Translations under genes and position numbers: made by a program
In this document: piece after piece, positions 40,573 to 51,319 of the stretch
How the letters are laid out: every line of letters starts with the position of its first letter
How positions within the stretch are numbered: the first letter of the stretch is position 1
DNA from: Gammaproteobacteria bacterium
Lineage (GTDB): Bacteria; Pseudomonadota; Gammaproteobacteria; Ga0077536
Length of the DNA stretch: 64,000 nucleotides
Assembly (NCBI GenBank): GCA_963662545.2
Contig: CAXXLL010000003.1
Coordinates: 1,920,001-1,984,000 of the forward strand
Direction of reading: 5' to 3'
Notes under the pieces: model-generated
Told to the model about the DNA's origin: nothing
The model's input: the letters and a program-made list of their open reading frames with translations, nothing else
The model's database searches: none

Positions 40573-40659
40573 CGCGTTAGAGGACGTCCATGATCTGCTT
40601 GCCGATAAATGCTTGAATCAAACAAATTTTGGGGTTTCGGAGTAATGGGTACCCCAAAT
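40573..40659. repeat. 87-bp imperfect direct repeat, copy B
   Basis: Shares GCTTGAATCAAA..AATTT.GGGG.TTCG with copy A. Confidence 0.75.
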
Positions 40660-40833
40660 ACGCTCCGAAAAACGCGTAGCCTGGGGTCCGCCCGCCACGC
40701 GTGTAAACGGTGCAGAATAATGGGGACAGTTTACCTATTTCGCATATTCACCCTCTGAGATCGCCGCATTCTTAAGTGCAAATAAGTAAACTATCGCCAT
40801 TAATGTCACATTATTGTCAGACCAAGCTCGAAC

Positions 40834-42072
40834 ATGAAACAAGACACCCAGATCCGCATCCTGAAACAGCTGCTCAACTACGTTGAGACGAAGGCCAACC
40901 ACGACGCGGGCTGCCAGGTCCTGAACCCGGTATCGACGTACACCTCGTCCGAACTCGCAGGTCGCGAGTGGCAGGTCTTTTTCCGCGAGCACCCGCAGAT
41001 CGTGGGATTCTCAGGCGACCTTCGCGAGCCCGGCAGCTATTTCGCCCTCAATGATTTCGGCGTGCCGGTACTCGCAATGCGCGGCTCTGACGGGACTTTT
41101 CGCGCATTCGTCAACGCCTGCCGGCATCGCGGTTCGCAGCTCGCCGCTCCGGGGCGTGGGACCACGCGGCGCTTCGTGTGCCCCTTTCACGGCTGGACCT
41201 ACACGACGAACGGTGAACTCGCCGGCGTAAGCGAAGCGGACCAGTTCGGCCCTGTTGACCGAGACTGTATGGGCTTGGTCGAGCTGCCGGCGGTTGAGCG
41301 ATACGGTTTCCTCTGGGTGCACCCGCAGCGGAACGGGCGCATTGACATCCCTGAACTCCTTGGCGGACTCGCCGAAGAGTTCGAAAGCTGGAATGTCGGT
41401 CGCCATGTATTCAGCGGCGAGTGCCGGCTCGACAAGCGCATGAATTGGAAGCTTGCGAACGACACCTTTGGCGAAACCTACCATTTCAACCGGCTACACC
41501 GCGATACACTGGGCCGGCTCTCGCACGGCGATGTGATCGTCTACGAAACCTTTGGTCGTAATCACCGTGCGGTGTTTCCGTCGAAGTCGATCGAGAACCT
41601 GCATAACAAAGCCGAAGAGCGATGGCGCATCGGCGGTGCGGCGACGGTGCTTTATTACGTGTTCCCCAACATCGAGATCACGATCTCCGACCGGCAGGTG
41701 ACGCTGTTTCGAATCTACCCGGACGGCGAAAATCCGGGCCGTTCCGTGACGCATATGAGCCATTACTTCAGCGAGGACGCGTTGGACCTCATCGCCGCTG
41801 GGGAGAAGACGGTCATCGATGAGCGTAACGTCTACGACTCAGCCGCGCGCGACGGCAATGCGATCATATCGCCGCAGGCGGCGATGGAGATCCTGAATAC
41901 CACGGTCGAGCACGAGGACTTTCGCATGGGCGAGGCCGCGCAGCGTACGGCCGAGAGTGGACTCCTCGAGCATTTCATCTTTGGACGCAATGAGGCGCCG
42001 CTACACCATTTCCACGACACTTTCCGCGCCGCCCTCGACATGCCGCCCCTCGAACGCCTCAACGTGGCCTAA
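40834..42072 (+). CDS. Rieske oxygenase alpha subunit
   Basis: CRHRG...CPFHGW; E.YH....H. Confidence 0.9.
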   Translation: MKQDTQIRILKQLLNYVETKANHDAGCQVLNPVSTYTSSELAGREWQVFFREHPQIVGFSGDLREPGSYFALNDFGVPVLAMRGSDGTFRAFVNACRHRGSQLAAPGRGTTRRFVCPFHGWTYTTNGELAGVSEADQFGPVDRDCMGLVELPAVERYGFLWVHPQRNGRIDIPELLGGLAEEFESWNVGRHVFSGECRLDKRMNWKLANDTFGETYHFNRLHRDTLGRLSHGDVIVYETFGRNHRAVFPSKSIENLHNKAEERWRIGGAATVLYYVFPNIEITISDRQVTLFRIYPDGENPGRSVTHMSHYFSEDALDLIAAGEKTVIDERNVYDSAARDGNAIISPQAAMEILNTTVEHEDFRMGEAAQRTAESGLLEHFIFGRNEAPLHHFHDTFRAALDMPPLERLNVA

Positions 42073-42154
42073 GACTGAACACTGTGTGAGGGCCGAAGCG
42101 TTCTGACGATGAGTCGCGCCGTGATAGGCATCCGCGCATTAGGGGGACACCTAA

Positions 42155-42315
42155 CAGGTTGTTGAAAAACGATGTCCCTGTCGTTTTTCAACTCGCAAGA
42201 CGAAAACGCGGTTTCCGTCTTGCTCCATCAATCAAGCACATAGCGTGCTCGATTGATGCCGGCACATCCCTGTGCCGGGCACAGGCTGTCGAAAAACGAG
42301 TTTTTCAACAACCTG
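42155..42315. mobile_element. MITE (IS5/IS1182-like ends)
   Basis: 16-bp TIR CAGGTTGTTGAAAAAC; CTAA duplication. Confidence 0.75.
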
Positions 42316-42351
42316 CTAATTATTCGCTTACGCAGAATCCTTCGCCGTTAT

Positions 42352-42771
42352 TTAATCGGGGTCAACCGGAATGTCGAGCGTCAGCATGTTGTTGAAATAG
42401 GTCCCTTCGTCCGTCACAAAGGCACCCCATTGCCCTACCCGGTCTTTCCAGATGAACCAGCCGCAGTAAGGTGGCGCGGTTTTGGCATAAGTATCCCAAG
42501 TGATCTCCACAGCGCCGAGTTCGATGGTTCGCCCGTCGTCCGCGAAAATCTTGATGTCGATGGTTTCTCGACCGGCGTGGGGCCAACCGTCCACGATGGT
42601 CGTACAAACTCCGTCGACAGCTACTTCGACCCGGCCCGTGAATTCACCACTGCAGGATCCCGTGAGATCCATATGAAAACTATTGTCGGCGTTTAGACCC
42701 CCGGGGTTTGGACCGACTTCCGCCGCCCCACCCCACACCAAGTGAACCAAGGCCGATCTTTTCTTCGCCAT
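42352..42771 (-). CDS. Hypothetical protein
   Basis: ORF with an RBS-like GAAGGA upstream; family not recognised. Confidence 0.5.
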   Translation of the reverse strand: MAKKRSALVHLVWGGAAEVGPNPGGLNADNSFHMDLTGSCSGEFTGRVEVAVDGVCTTIVDGWPHAGRETIDIKIFADDGRTIELGAVEITWDTYAKTAPPYCGWFIWKDRVGQWGAFVTDEGTYFNNMLTLDIPVDPD

Positions 42772-42820
42772 GTCCTTCTCCCTTACGTTTGCCCCCTGAA
42801 TTCGAGGTGCTGTGACCTAA

Positions 42821-42982
42821 GGAACCTCTGAATAAGTCATGGCACATCTGCCTTGCCCATGAAATCGCGCAGCTCGGCGTTACGAATCTTGCCAATAGTC
42901 CCCGCTATGGACTGCGATTCGTGCCTTGATCTGCACAATTTCATGAACAATTCAGACGCACCATGACTTATTCAGAGGTTCC
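42821..42982. mobile_element. MITE (IS5-like ends)
   Basis: Perfect 22-bp TIR GGAACCTCTGAATAAGTCATGG; flanks CTAA/ATAA. Confidence 0.75.
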
Positions 42983-42992
42983 ATAAAGCGCG

Positions 42993-43388
42993 CTACCCGA
43001 ACACGGCCGTAACGAGTTCCGTGTCGAGGTATTCCCGCATTTCCCGAATCTTGCCGTCCTTCACCGTCAGGATGATGCAGTAAGTATTGTTGTAGTCCTT
43101 GCCCGCAGTACTCTTAGAAGTGCCCTGCATCTCGGCGACGACCTTGTCCCCTTCGGCGATGAGTTGCTTGATCTCGAGTTGAATCAGTCCAGTCAGCTCG
43201 TTCCCAAGCGGCTCCAGCAATTTTTTCCTGATGTCGTCCTTGCCCTTCAGTGTCCCTGCAAAACGGCGAGAGCCGATGAAATACCACTCGACGTCGTCCG
43301 CCATGTGGTTCATGAACCCTTCCGCGTCGCCGGCGCTAATGGCGGCGTAGAGTCCACGCACGACTTGTTTGTTCGCTTCTGTACTCAT
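42993..43388 (-). CDS. SnoaL/NTF2-like protein
   Basis: NKQVV...ADDVEW..AEGDKVV..Y.N.Y..REYLDT. Confidence 0.85.
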   Translation of the reverse strand: MSTEANKQVVRGLYAAISAGDAEGFMNHMADDVEWYFIGSRRFAGTLKGKDDIRKKLLEPLGNELTGLIQLEIKQLIAEGDKVVAEMQGTSKSTAGKDYNNTYCIILTVKDGKIREMREYLDTELVTAVFG

Positions 43389-43580
43389 TGGCTAATCCTC
43401 CGGTTGGGAATCGCGGGATCCGCAGTTTAACCGGAGTGGCACTTCGCGAAACACCCATTTCGTGCGCCCGTTTAGTCGAAAGGAAAAACGATGGTGATCA
43501 CGCCCATAGATAGTGGAATGAGAAAGTGGGAACGAAGCAGGGTTGATCGGTTTTATATAGGGCGCCGTACCGCCAACACC

Positions 43581-44675
43581 TTAATGCATCAGCTGGTGCG
43601 CGATGAGCTCCGTGGCGACGATAGCGAGTCCGGTAAAAGCTAGAAAGACGCCCGTTCGATTGCGCCGGCGTTCAAATTTTGTCGGTTCCGTGATGAGGCC
43701 CGACGGCTCCGCGTGCCGCGCAAAAGGGTGCTGCCAGGGCACGATGTAAAGGATGGCGATGGCCCCAAGCGTCGCGACCGTGAGCAGGGGTATCCGCAAG
43801 ATGGATTGATCCAGAAACATCCCGATTGCACCCATCCCGATCGAACCCAGTCCCAGCGCAATACCCGCCGCGTTGAGCGCGATGAAGCCCGCGCATGGCG
43901 CGCTCAGCACGGCTGCCAACGTTGTGGCGATGCGCAGTTTTTGCGTGCTGCCTTCCCCGCTCTCGGCGTCGTCTTCCTGCCATGCCCCTTCGAGGCGCGC
44001 GACCGTCACCGGCTCGACAAATCCCTTGAGCGTGATGGTCTCGACGTCCGCATCGGGAAATTGCTCGGCAACCGCCGCGTAAATATCGTTGTCGACGAGC
44101 ATTCCTCGGGGCGAGACGCGTGACACCAGCCGCGCCGCGCGATTGACGACATCGCCGATGGCGGAGTAGTGCGCGATCTCTTCCGAACCCACGCGGCCAA
44201 CGCGCGCATGGCCCGCCGCAATACCGACTGTTACATCCATGGGTTGGCCCAGTTCGGCGCCGAGTTTGTCTACCGCCTGCTGGAGTTCCAGCCCCGCCCT
44301 GACTGCCAGTGCGGCGAAGTTATCGCGCCGCAGCGGGACGTTGAAAAAAGCCATCACTTCATCACCGACAAACTGGGTAACAAAGCCGTCCCATTTGACG
44401 ATCACGTCCTTGGCGGTGCGCAAATACGCGTCGAGCACTTCGTGCATGCGGTCCGGTCCAAGCGTCTGGGTGAGGTTCGTGTAGCCGGTAAGATCGGCGA
44501 AAAAGACGCCCAGCTCTACGATTCGGCCCTCTTCCACGTGGCCGTTACAGCGGTTACACAGGTTTGGATTCCCGTGGCTGCGACGGACGCCGCCCATTCG
44601 CGAGAACAGGCCAAGCACCCCCGCAAGCGCGGTATTGCACACCAGGCAAGTGGAACTCAGGTCCATGTCGTTCAT
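43581..44675 (-). CDS. Class III adenylate/guanylate cyclase with Cys-rich N-terminus and C-terminal TMs
   Basis: FFADLTGYT, QFVGDEVMA, IGDVVNRAARL. Confidence 0.85.
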   Translation of the reverse strand: MNDMDLSSTCLVCNTALAGVLGLFSRMGGVRRSHGNPNLCNRCNGHVEEGRIVELGVFFADLTGYTNLTQTLGPDRMHEVLDAYLRTAKDVIVKWDGFVTQFVGDEVMAFFNVPLRRDNFAALAVRAGLELQQAVDKLGAELGQPMDVTVGIAAGHARVGRVGSEEIAHYSAIGDVVNRAARLVSRVSPRGMLVDNDIYAAVAEQFPDADVETITLKGFVEPVTVARLEGAWQEDDAESGEGSTQKLRIATTLAAVLSAPCAGFIALNAAGIALGLGSIGMGAIGMFLDQSILRIPLLTVATLGAIAILYIVPWQHPFARHAEPSGLITEPTKFERRRNRTGVFLAFTGLAIVATELIAHQLMH

Positions 44676-44955
44676 CGCGATTCGCTCTGTGTTCCGCCTC
44701 GCGTTTCGGTCCGGGCCTGAACGTCGGGAACTGCTTCACAAGAATCTGGCAGTCCTAATGCTTGTAGGCCCTCGTGCTGTGTTCGACGGATAAGTTGTGC
44801 AATAGTTCGATAATCGCTAGCTACGGGGACGTCCGGCGCCGCTGGCGATATATCGATTGCAACTTAAATTAAAAAATGAAGAATTGAATTGTAGTGCGTT
44901 TGAAGCGGTGCATATTTGCGCTTGTATAAAGTGAAGACTTGACCCCTTAAATTTC

Positions 44956-46299
44956 ATGATCGCGCTCCTCAAGCTATTCGCATTGGCATTTGTACTTTCG
45001 GGACTGCATTGGCACGATGAGGCCGGCCGCTGGGTTCGACGATTCTATTGGACTGCCGGTTTCGCGGCAGCGGCACTCGGTCTCGCCTATCTCGCGGCGC
45101 TGATCGCCGTGCGGACACAAACGGATTCGGAATGGGATTTCCTCAACTATTGGCTCGTGGGACGCATCGCGGCCGAGGGGCTGCCGCTCTACGAGGCCGC
45201 GTCGTATCTTCGGCAGAGTCTTCCATTTTTGCCGAGCGATGAATTCTTTGCGGAGGTGATGCTCATCGGCACGCTTTACACGCCGCCAGCGGTCCTGCTG
45301 TTCCTGCCCTTGGGGTATTTCGAGTACCGCGAGGCGTACGTCCTATGGTCCATCATTCAGGCTGTCGTGCTGGTACTCGCCGCAGTGCTGATGAAGCGCG
45401 AATTTTTTAGCGCCGGTTCGGGTCGACAGCACGTCTCCGCGTGGCTCGTCGTGGTCTGCCTCGTCGCCTTTTATCCCCCCGTTAGGTGGACGTTTTATAA
45501 CGCGCAGGTCAATTTCATCATGGCACTGCTGTTCATGTTGGTCTGGCGCTCGCGCTTCAACGCTCTGGCGGGTGTCTGGATTGGCGTCGGTATGTGTATC
45601 AAACCGTATTTCGGAATCCTGGTCTTGTGGCTCCTGCTGCGGCGCCGAATTGGCACCGTGGTGCTGGTAGTACTCACGGTCGCGCTGGCCTTCGCAAGCG
45701 CTGCACTCGTCTTCGGAGCCAGCGATGTGGCGACTTATTTTCTGGACAATCCGATTGCCAAGGCACCCGCTCATTTGTACACCCAAGACGTTAACCAGTC
45801 GGCGCTGGCCGTCCTGCGGCGCGCCACCGGTGCAGAACAATGGCCCGGATCTCCACTCATGCACGGCCCTTACATCGCGTTCGCATTTCTTCTCACCTCG
45901 ATGACCGCATGGTCTGTCCTGCGCTGCGACGACGACCGCTGGTCCCTTATTGCCTGCGTTTCTCTGGGTTTGCTGCTGGCGCCGCAGTCGCTGCATCATT
46001 ACAGTGCCGTGTTGTTGCCGGCGGTGACGTTCTTTGCGTTTTACAGGGGATTCAAATGGCTCGGTATGATTGCCATCGTTTCGTTGTTCGCCGTGGGCTC
46101 TAACGAGGGCGCTGCCTTCTGGCTCAATCTCTGCGTTTGGATGATTGCAGCGTCCTATCCGTGGTGGGGAAAGGCGTTCGCAGACGCGCAAGCAGTGACA
46201 CAAATAACATCGGTAGCAGAGCTTGGCACCCAGCCCACAAGTAAAACAGTGTCAAAAAGTGGGCCTGGCGCAACCGATCCAGTCAAGGATCAGGTATAA
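44956..46299 (+). CDS. GT-C fold glycosyltransferase (GT87/DUF2029-like)
   Basis: DF..YW, YTPP..LLF.P, AQVN, IKP, NQS, HHY; multiple TM segments. Confidence 0.85.
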   Translation: MIALLKLFALAFVLSGLHWHDEAGRWVRRFYWTAGFAAAALGLAYLAALIAVRTQTDSEWDFLNYWLVGRIAAEGLPLYEAASYLRQSLPFLPSDEFFAEVMLIGTLYTPPAVLLFLPLGYFEYREAYVLWSIIQAVVLVLAAVLMKREFFSAGSGRQHVSAWLVVVCLVAFYPPVRWTFYNAQVNFIMALLFMLVWRSRFNALAGVWIGVGMCIKPYFGILVLWLLLRRRIGTVVLVVLTVALAFASAALVFGASDVATYFLDNPIAKAPAHLYTQDVNQSALAVLRRATGAEQWPGSPLMHGPYIAFAFLLTSMTAWSVLRCDDDRWSLIACVSLGLLLAPQSLHHYSAVLLPAVTFFAFYRGFKWLGMIAIVSLFAVGSNEGAAFWLNLCVWMIAASYPWWGKAFADAQAVTQITSVAELGTQPTSKTVSKSGPGATDPVKDQV

Positions 46300-46340
46300 A
46301 GCACCGCTATCGGCATCGCCTTCAGAGCCCATGCACTACC

Positions 46341-47525
46341 ATGAAAATCAATGATCGAATCGGCGCCGCGGCGCTCGCGCAACTAAAGGCCAAGGCTGCA
46401 AAACAGCGGGACGCGGCGTTGGCCGCGCTTGAAGGTAAACGAATCCTCGCGATCGGCTGTGGAGGTTTCGTGGGTAGTCACTTATTGGACGCGCTCCTGG
46501 GGCGGGCCGGAATAGAGGTGGAGGGCTGGGATCCCGACGCGAGTAAAATCGAGCTTCACAAAGGCCGGCCAAACTTCAACTTTGTAGGCCACGGAACCGA
46601 CGCTGCGGCGTCGCTGGTATCACTGGACGAGGCAGTGAAGCACGCCGACATTGTCGTAAATCTGGCGGCGTTGTGTAATCCCTCCGAAAACAACACGCGC
46701 CCGCTGACCACCATCCACGCCAATTTCATCGACTGCCTGCCCATCGTCGATGCTTGCGCACGGCATGGGCGCTGGCTGATACATTTCTCAACGAGTGAAG
46801 TCTACGGGCGGACGCTTGCCAGCTACATGGCAGACAATCGCTATGCGGAAATCGATCTGTACGAACAGCGTGAGGCGACGACTCCACTGGTGATGGGTCC
46901 TGTTACGAATCAGCGCTGGACCTACGCCTCGTCGAAACAGTTACTCGAACGACTGATTTACGCACACCATGAGGAATCGGGAATGCCTTTTACGGTCATT
47001 CGCCCGTTTAATTTTTTCGGCCCGAAAATGGACTACATTCCGGGGCGGGACGGTGAAGGCGTGCCGCGCGTGCTCGCGTGTTTCATGGCCGCCTTGCTCG
47101 ACGGTGCCCCGATGCAACTGGTCGACGGCGGGCATGCGCAGCGCACCATCGTGTCGATCGACGACGCCATGCGCGCCATCCTGCAGATCCTCGCGGGACC
47201 CGATCGCTCGCAGAATCAGTTCTTCAATATCGGCAACCCCGGTAACGAGTTGACCATGCGTGAGCTGGCCGAATTGATGCGCACATCCTATGCCGAGCTC
47301 ACCGGATTAACGGCCGCGTTCGACCACCCCATCGTCGACATCTCAGCACGTGATTTCTACGGTGCAGGCTACGAGGATTGTGACCGTCGTATGCCGGATA
47401 TCGAAAATGCACGCCGATTGCTCGAGTGGGAGCCGCTCGACGATGCCAGAACCACGCTTATAGCGGCAATGTCGTACTACGTTGACCGATTCGCCGAGAA
47501 CAACGCACGGGCGAAGGCGCGCTGA
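46341..47525 (+). CDS. UDP-apiose/UDP-xylose synthase-like SDR
   Basis: NLAALCNP..NTRPL..I..NFID.LP; RPFN..GP.MD.IPG.DG.GVPRVLACF; FYG.GY.D.D.R.PD. Confidence 0.8.
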   Translation: MKINDRIGAAALAQLKAKAAKQRDAALAALEGKRILAIGCGGFVGSHLLDALLGRAGIEVEGWDPDASKIELHKGRPNFNFVGHGTDAAASLVSLDEAVKHADIVVNLAALCNPSENNTRPLTTIHANFIDCLPIVDACARHGRWLIHFSTSEVYGRTLASYMADNRYAEIDLYEQREATTPLVMGPVTNQRWTYASSKQLLERLIYAHHEESGMPFTVIRPFNFFGPKMDYIPGRDGEGVPRVLACFMAALLDGAPMQLVDGGHAQRTIVSIDDAMRAILQILAGPDRSQNQFFNIGNPGNELTMRELAELMRTSYAELTGLTAAFDHPIVDISARDFYGAGYEDCDRRMPDIENARRLLEWEPLDDARTTLIAAMSYYVDRFAENNARAKAR

Positions 47526-47675
47526 CGCGAGGTTGCTCGCACCACCTACGCCAGTTACGCCGTACGTCGTTATTGCGCTGCTCGATGTGCCTGGGCGCTG
47601 ATTTCGATCCAGCTCGCCGCGCGATCGCGCAGCAGTGCTTAAGCCGCCGCTGAGCGGACTTCGAGGATCAATTCA

Positions 47676-48398
47676 ATGCCTGTCAGGTTCGGCATCTACA
47701 TCCCGGCGTTCAACGCGGCGCATACGCTCCCAGGCGTCATCGAGCGGATTCCCGCGTCCGCTTGGGCGTTGTGTGATGACGTGGTTATCGTCGATGACGG
47801 CAGCGCCGATCGGACCGCGGCGGTTATCGACGAACTTGCCAGTTGCCACCCCGCCATCCGCCGGATCAGCCTCAGCCATAATCAGGGTTACGGTGCCGCT
47901 GTACGCACAGGCCTGACCGCGCTCACCGATTCACCCGCGGACTATTTCGCCTGCCTGCATGCGGACGGCCAGTACCCACCTGAGATGCTCGAAACGTTCG
48001 TGCGCCATGCGGCGAGGGAGCAACTCGATATTCTGCAAGGTTCGCGACATCTGGACGGTACCGCGCGCGAAGGCGGCATGCCACTGTATAAACTGCTTGC
48101 AGGTCGCGCGCTGTGCGCGATCGAAAACGCGGCTTTCGGCTTGACGCTGACCGATTATCATTCGGGTTATCTCGTATTGAGCCGGCGGGTCATCGAGCGC
48201 GTCGACATCGATCAGTTGAGCGGCTATTTTGATTTCGATTTGGAACTCATCGCGGCGGCCAGACAGCGTGGACTTCGTATCGGAGAATTGGGGATCCCAA
48301 CGCACTATGGCAGCGAAGTGTCTTACCTCAATCCCGCGATCTACGGTGCACGGGTTCTCGTGATCGTGGGCAAGTACCTGCTTGGTGCGTATCGATGA
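47676..48398 (+). CDS. GT2 polyprenol-phosphate glycosyltransferase (DPM1/ArnC-like)
   Basis: IPAFN, VDDGS.D, NQGYG, HADGQY, GSR, TDYHSG. Confidence 0.85.
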   Translation: MPVRFGIYIPAFNAAHTLPGVIERIPASAWALCDDVVIVDDGSADRTAAVIDELASCHPAIRRISLSHNQGYGAAVRTGLTALTDSPADYFACLHADGQYPPEMLETFVRHAAREQLDILQGSRHLDGTAREGGMPLYKLLAGRALCAIENAAFGLTLTDYHSGYLVLSRRVIERVDIDQLSGYFDFDLELIAAARQRGLRIGELGIPTHYGSEVSYLNPAIYGARVLVIVGKYLLGAYR

Positions 48399-48510
48399 AC
48401 CAGCATCGTCGATAACTCGTCCCCGGCCCGAAATCGGATACCTGCGACTTAAGGACCACCGCAGCCTTTATCGTGCCCCTTTGGAACGATCACGGAAAGG
48501 CACACTTCGA

Positions 48511-51085
48511 TCATCCGTGTGATTCTGCGAACGCATCGTAAAAACGGTTGAAAGCATTGACCGTGCCGCAAACGTAGAGGGCATCCGTCTCGGCGAAAAC
48601 GAACGATGGCGGGATGTCCATAATGACCTCTCCGCCGCGTTCGACCGCGACGACCGTGCACCCGGTGCGTTCGCGAATTCTGGATTCCAGCGGGTGATGG
48701 CCGGCCAGCCGACCGGCACCGAGCTTGACGAGCTTGATGCGGGCCTGCTGCGAGACCATCTCACCCAGGACGTGATGGGCGAGGAGCTGGCCGGCTACCT
48801 GACTCACCGAGAGCGCGAAGTCGGCGCCCGCCTTCTGAATGCGCCCCACATTGTCTGCCAGGGCGGCACAGGCGATGATGGGCACATCGGGGGCGTAATC
48901 GCGAACCACCGTTGAGGCAAGCAGCGTCGCGCTGTCGCTTGCGCACGCGAGAATGACGACGCGAGCCGTGGCCACTCCGGCCCTCTCCAGAACGCCCGCG
49001 TCCAGGACGTCTCCGAGAACCTCGACGCCAGGCTGGTCGGTATCGTCGATGACGCACACTATCTTCACCGGCGTCTTTTAACATCTCGACCAGTTTGCTC
49101 CCGACATCTCCGAAGCCTGCCACCACGATCCTGCCTGCGTGTGTGATCGGGCGGGCAATCTCGCTGAGACGTTTGATGCTGTCGGGACTGCCGGCGGCCA
49201 CCAGAATCATCCCGGGCCGTAGAAGCTGATCACCCGCTGGCGGCGAATCGAGCGCGTCATCGACCCATTGGCCGACAATGTGCGCTCCGGTGTCGGCATG
49301 GATCCCCGATTCCGCGAGGGTCTTGTTGGCGAGCGGGCTGTCGTCGTGGACGCGGATCTCGGCGACCTCGAGCAGGTGCTTGAGCGGCTCCACACCTGTG
49401 ATCCTTGGCCCGATCTTGGCGCTGGCGCGCACGGCAACAGCGACTGCCAGTACGTGATTTGGAGTGAACGCCGCCGTTGCGCCGGCGAGTTGCATCGGCC
49501 CGCGGCGATTGGGATTGTCAACCAGCGCGACGATGGGACCGCTAAACCCAAGCTCTCGCGCACTTACCGCGAGCAAGGCATTGTGTTCGTCCTCGCCATT
49601 GGCCACCAGCGCTCGCGCTTTTGTCAGCGGCCGCAGATCGAGATCCTGCTCGGCAAACGAGGCATGCACGACCCGTACACCCCGGGCGTGCAAGCGTCGC
49701 GCCACGGTCTCGTCCTCTTCGATCACGATCATCGGCAATCCTCGGCTGTCGAGCTCTCTAATCAGGGAATCGACCTCGGGACCGTATCCGTAGATCACCA
49801 CCGCGTCGTCAACTTCGGGCAGTGTATGCAGGAGTTGCCCCTCGTAGCGTTCTTCCACGAGCGGGGAGCTGAAGGTTTCGATCTGGACGATGCCGCGGGT
49901 TGCATCTGCCTGCGGGGCCGCCTTGCCTTCGAGCAATACGGCGCAGCCTTTCAAAGCCATCGGTGTAAACAGATTCAGGAGGAAGGCTGTGAAGATCAGT
50001 GTCGTGAAAATGGCCTGGTCGATAGCGCCCTGAGCCAGCGCCAGCGCCAGCGAAGCCAGGATGAATGCAATTTCGGCGCGCCCGCACATGCCGACGCCAA
50101 CGGTGAGCGCCTCACGGGATGGTAGACCCATGCGCAAAGCCATACCGCCGGCGCTCAAAATCTGGCCGACGATCACCGCGATCGTCAGAAGCGCGATGAA
50201 TGCCGCGCCCGAAGCACTGATGTCGAAGCTGATAGAGAATCCCAGTGAAATGAAGAAAATCGGCCCGAGAAATGAATAAGCGATGCCATAAGCCCGGTCT
50301 TTGACGACCCTGACCAGGTTCGGGTGCGCGACCTTTTCTTCGAAGAAGAGGCCTGCCAGATAGGCACCGAGAATCATGTGCAACCCGATGGCTTCGGCGA
50401 ACAGTCCCAAGGCTATTGCCATGAGCAGCACGAAGGTAAAGCCTTTTCCGCCCTTGGAGCGGAACGGCAGAGTCAGCCGCGGATAGACGAATGTCCCCAG
50501 CAAGACCGCCACCGCGAGGAAGCCCACGACCTTGCCCAAAGTGACGACGATGCTGAGAGGCTCGAATGTGCCGCCCGACAGCACCCCGATCACGAGGCCG
50601 AAGAAGATCAAGGTCAGCAGGTCGTCGATGACGCAACTCGCGACGATCACGCGCGCCACCCGGGTGTTGGCTAGTTTGAGATCCGTGAGGCTCTTGAGCG
50701 TAATCACTACGGCAGTGGCCGTCATGGTCAGCCCGACAAAGGTCGCGCCGATGACGTCTAGGCCGAAGAATAAGGCGACTCCGAAGCTGACCGCGAACGG
50801 CACCGCGGCGCCGACGACCGCGACGCCCATCGAGCGCTTCAACGCGTCGTAGAACTCGAGCGGTTGGGTTTCGATGCCGGCGTGAAACATCAGGAAGAAA
50901 ATGCCGATCTCGGCCAACAGCTGGATCGACTCACCGGGTGCGATCAGTCCCAGCACAGCTGGACCCAGAAGTACGCCAACGATCAGCTCACCCATTACCG
51001 TCGGCAGGCCGAGCGGCCGCAAGGTGACGGCGACCAGCCAAATGCCCGCTAGGAGGAGCAGCAGATCGAAAGCGATTTCATGCAT
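48511..51085 (-). pseudogene. CPA2 cation:proton antiporter with TrkA-N/C domains; 1-bp frameshift near 49060
   Basis: VIDDL and GRAE motifs; GED|VCVIDD continues in another frame (possible sequencing error). Confidence 0.8.
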
Positions 51086-51319
51086 GGTAAAGCGGGAGCG
51101 GAGATCTCAGGAGAGAGACTTCGATCTGAGCAAAAAGAAAGTCCAGACACGATCGTCCGGGAAGTACAAAGCTTACGGATCGGTCAAGTTCGAACGCCGG
51201 GTAACTTAGCTGGGCTCGGCTCGGTAAGCTTGCAGCCTGGTAAGCCGAGGTCGGTGACAATCGGGAATCATTGCTCTCGCCATCTCTCACTGACCCCAAT
51301 GAGGGGGGACAGTGCAGGT

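Noticed and set aside
48761-49068. Programmed frameshift in the antiporter
   Set aside because: No slippery sequence; a single-base insertion or sequencing error is simpler
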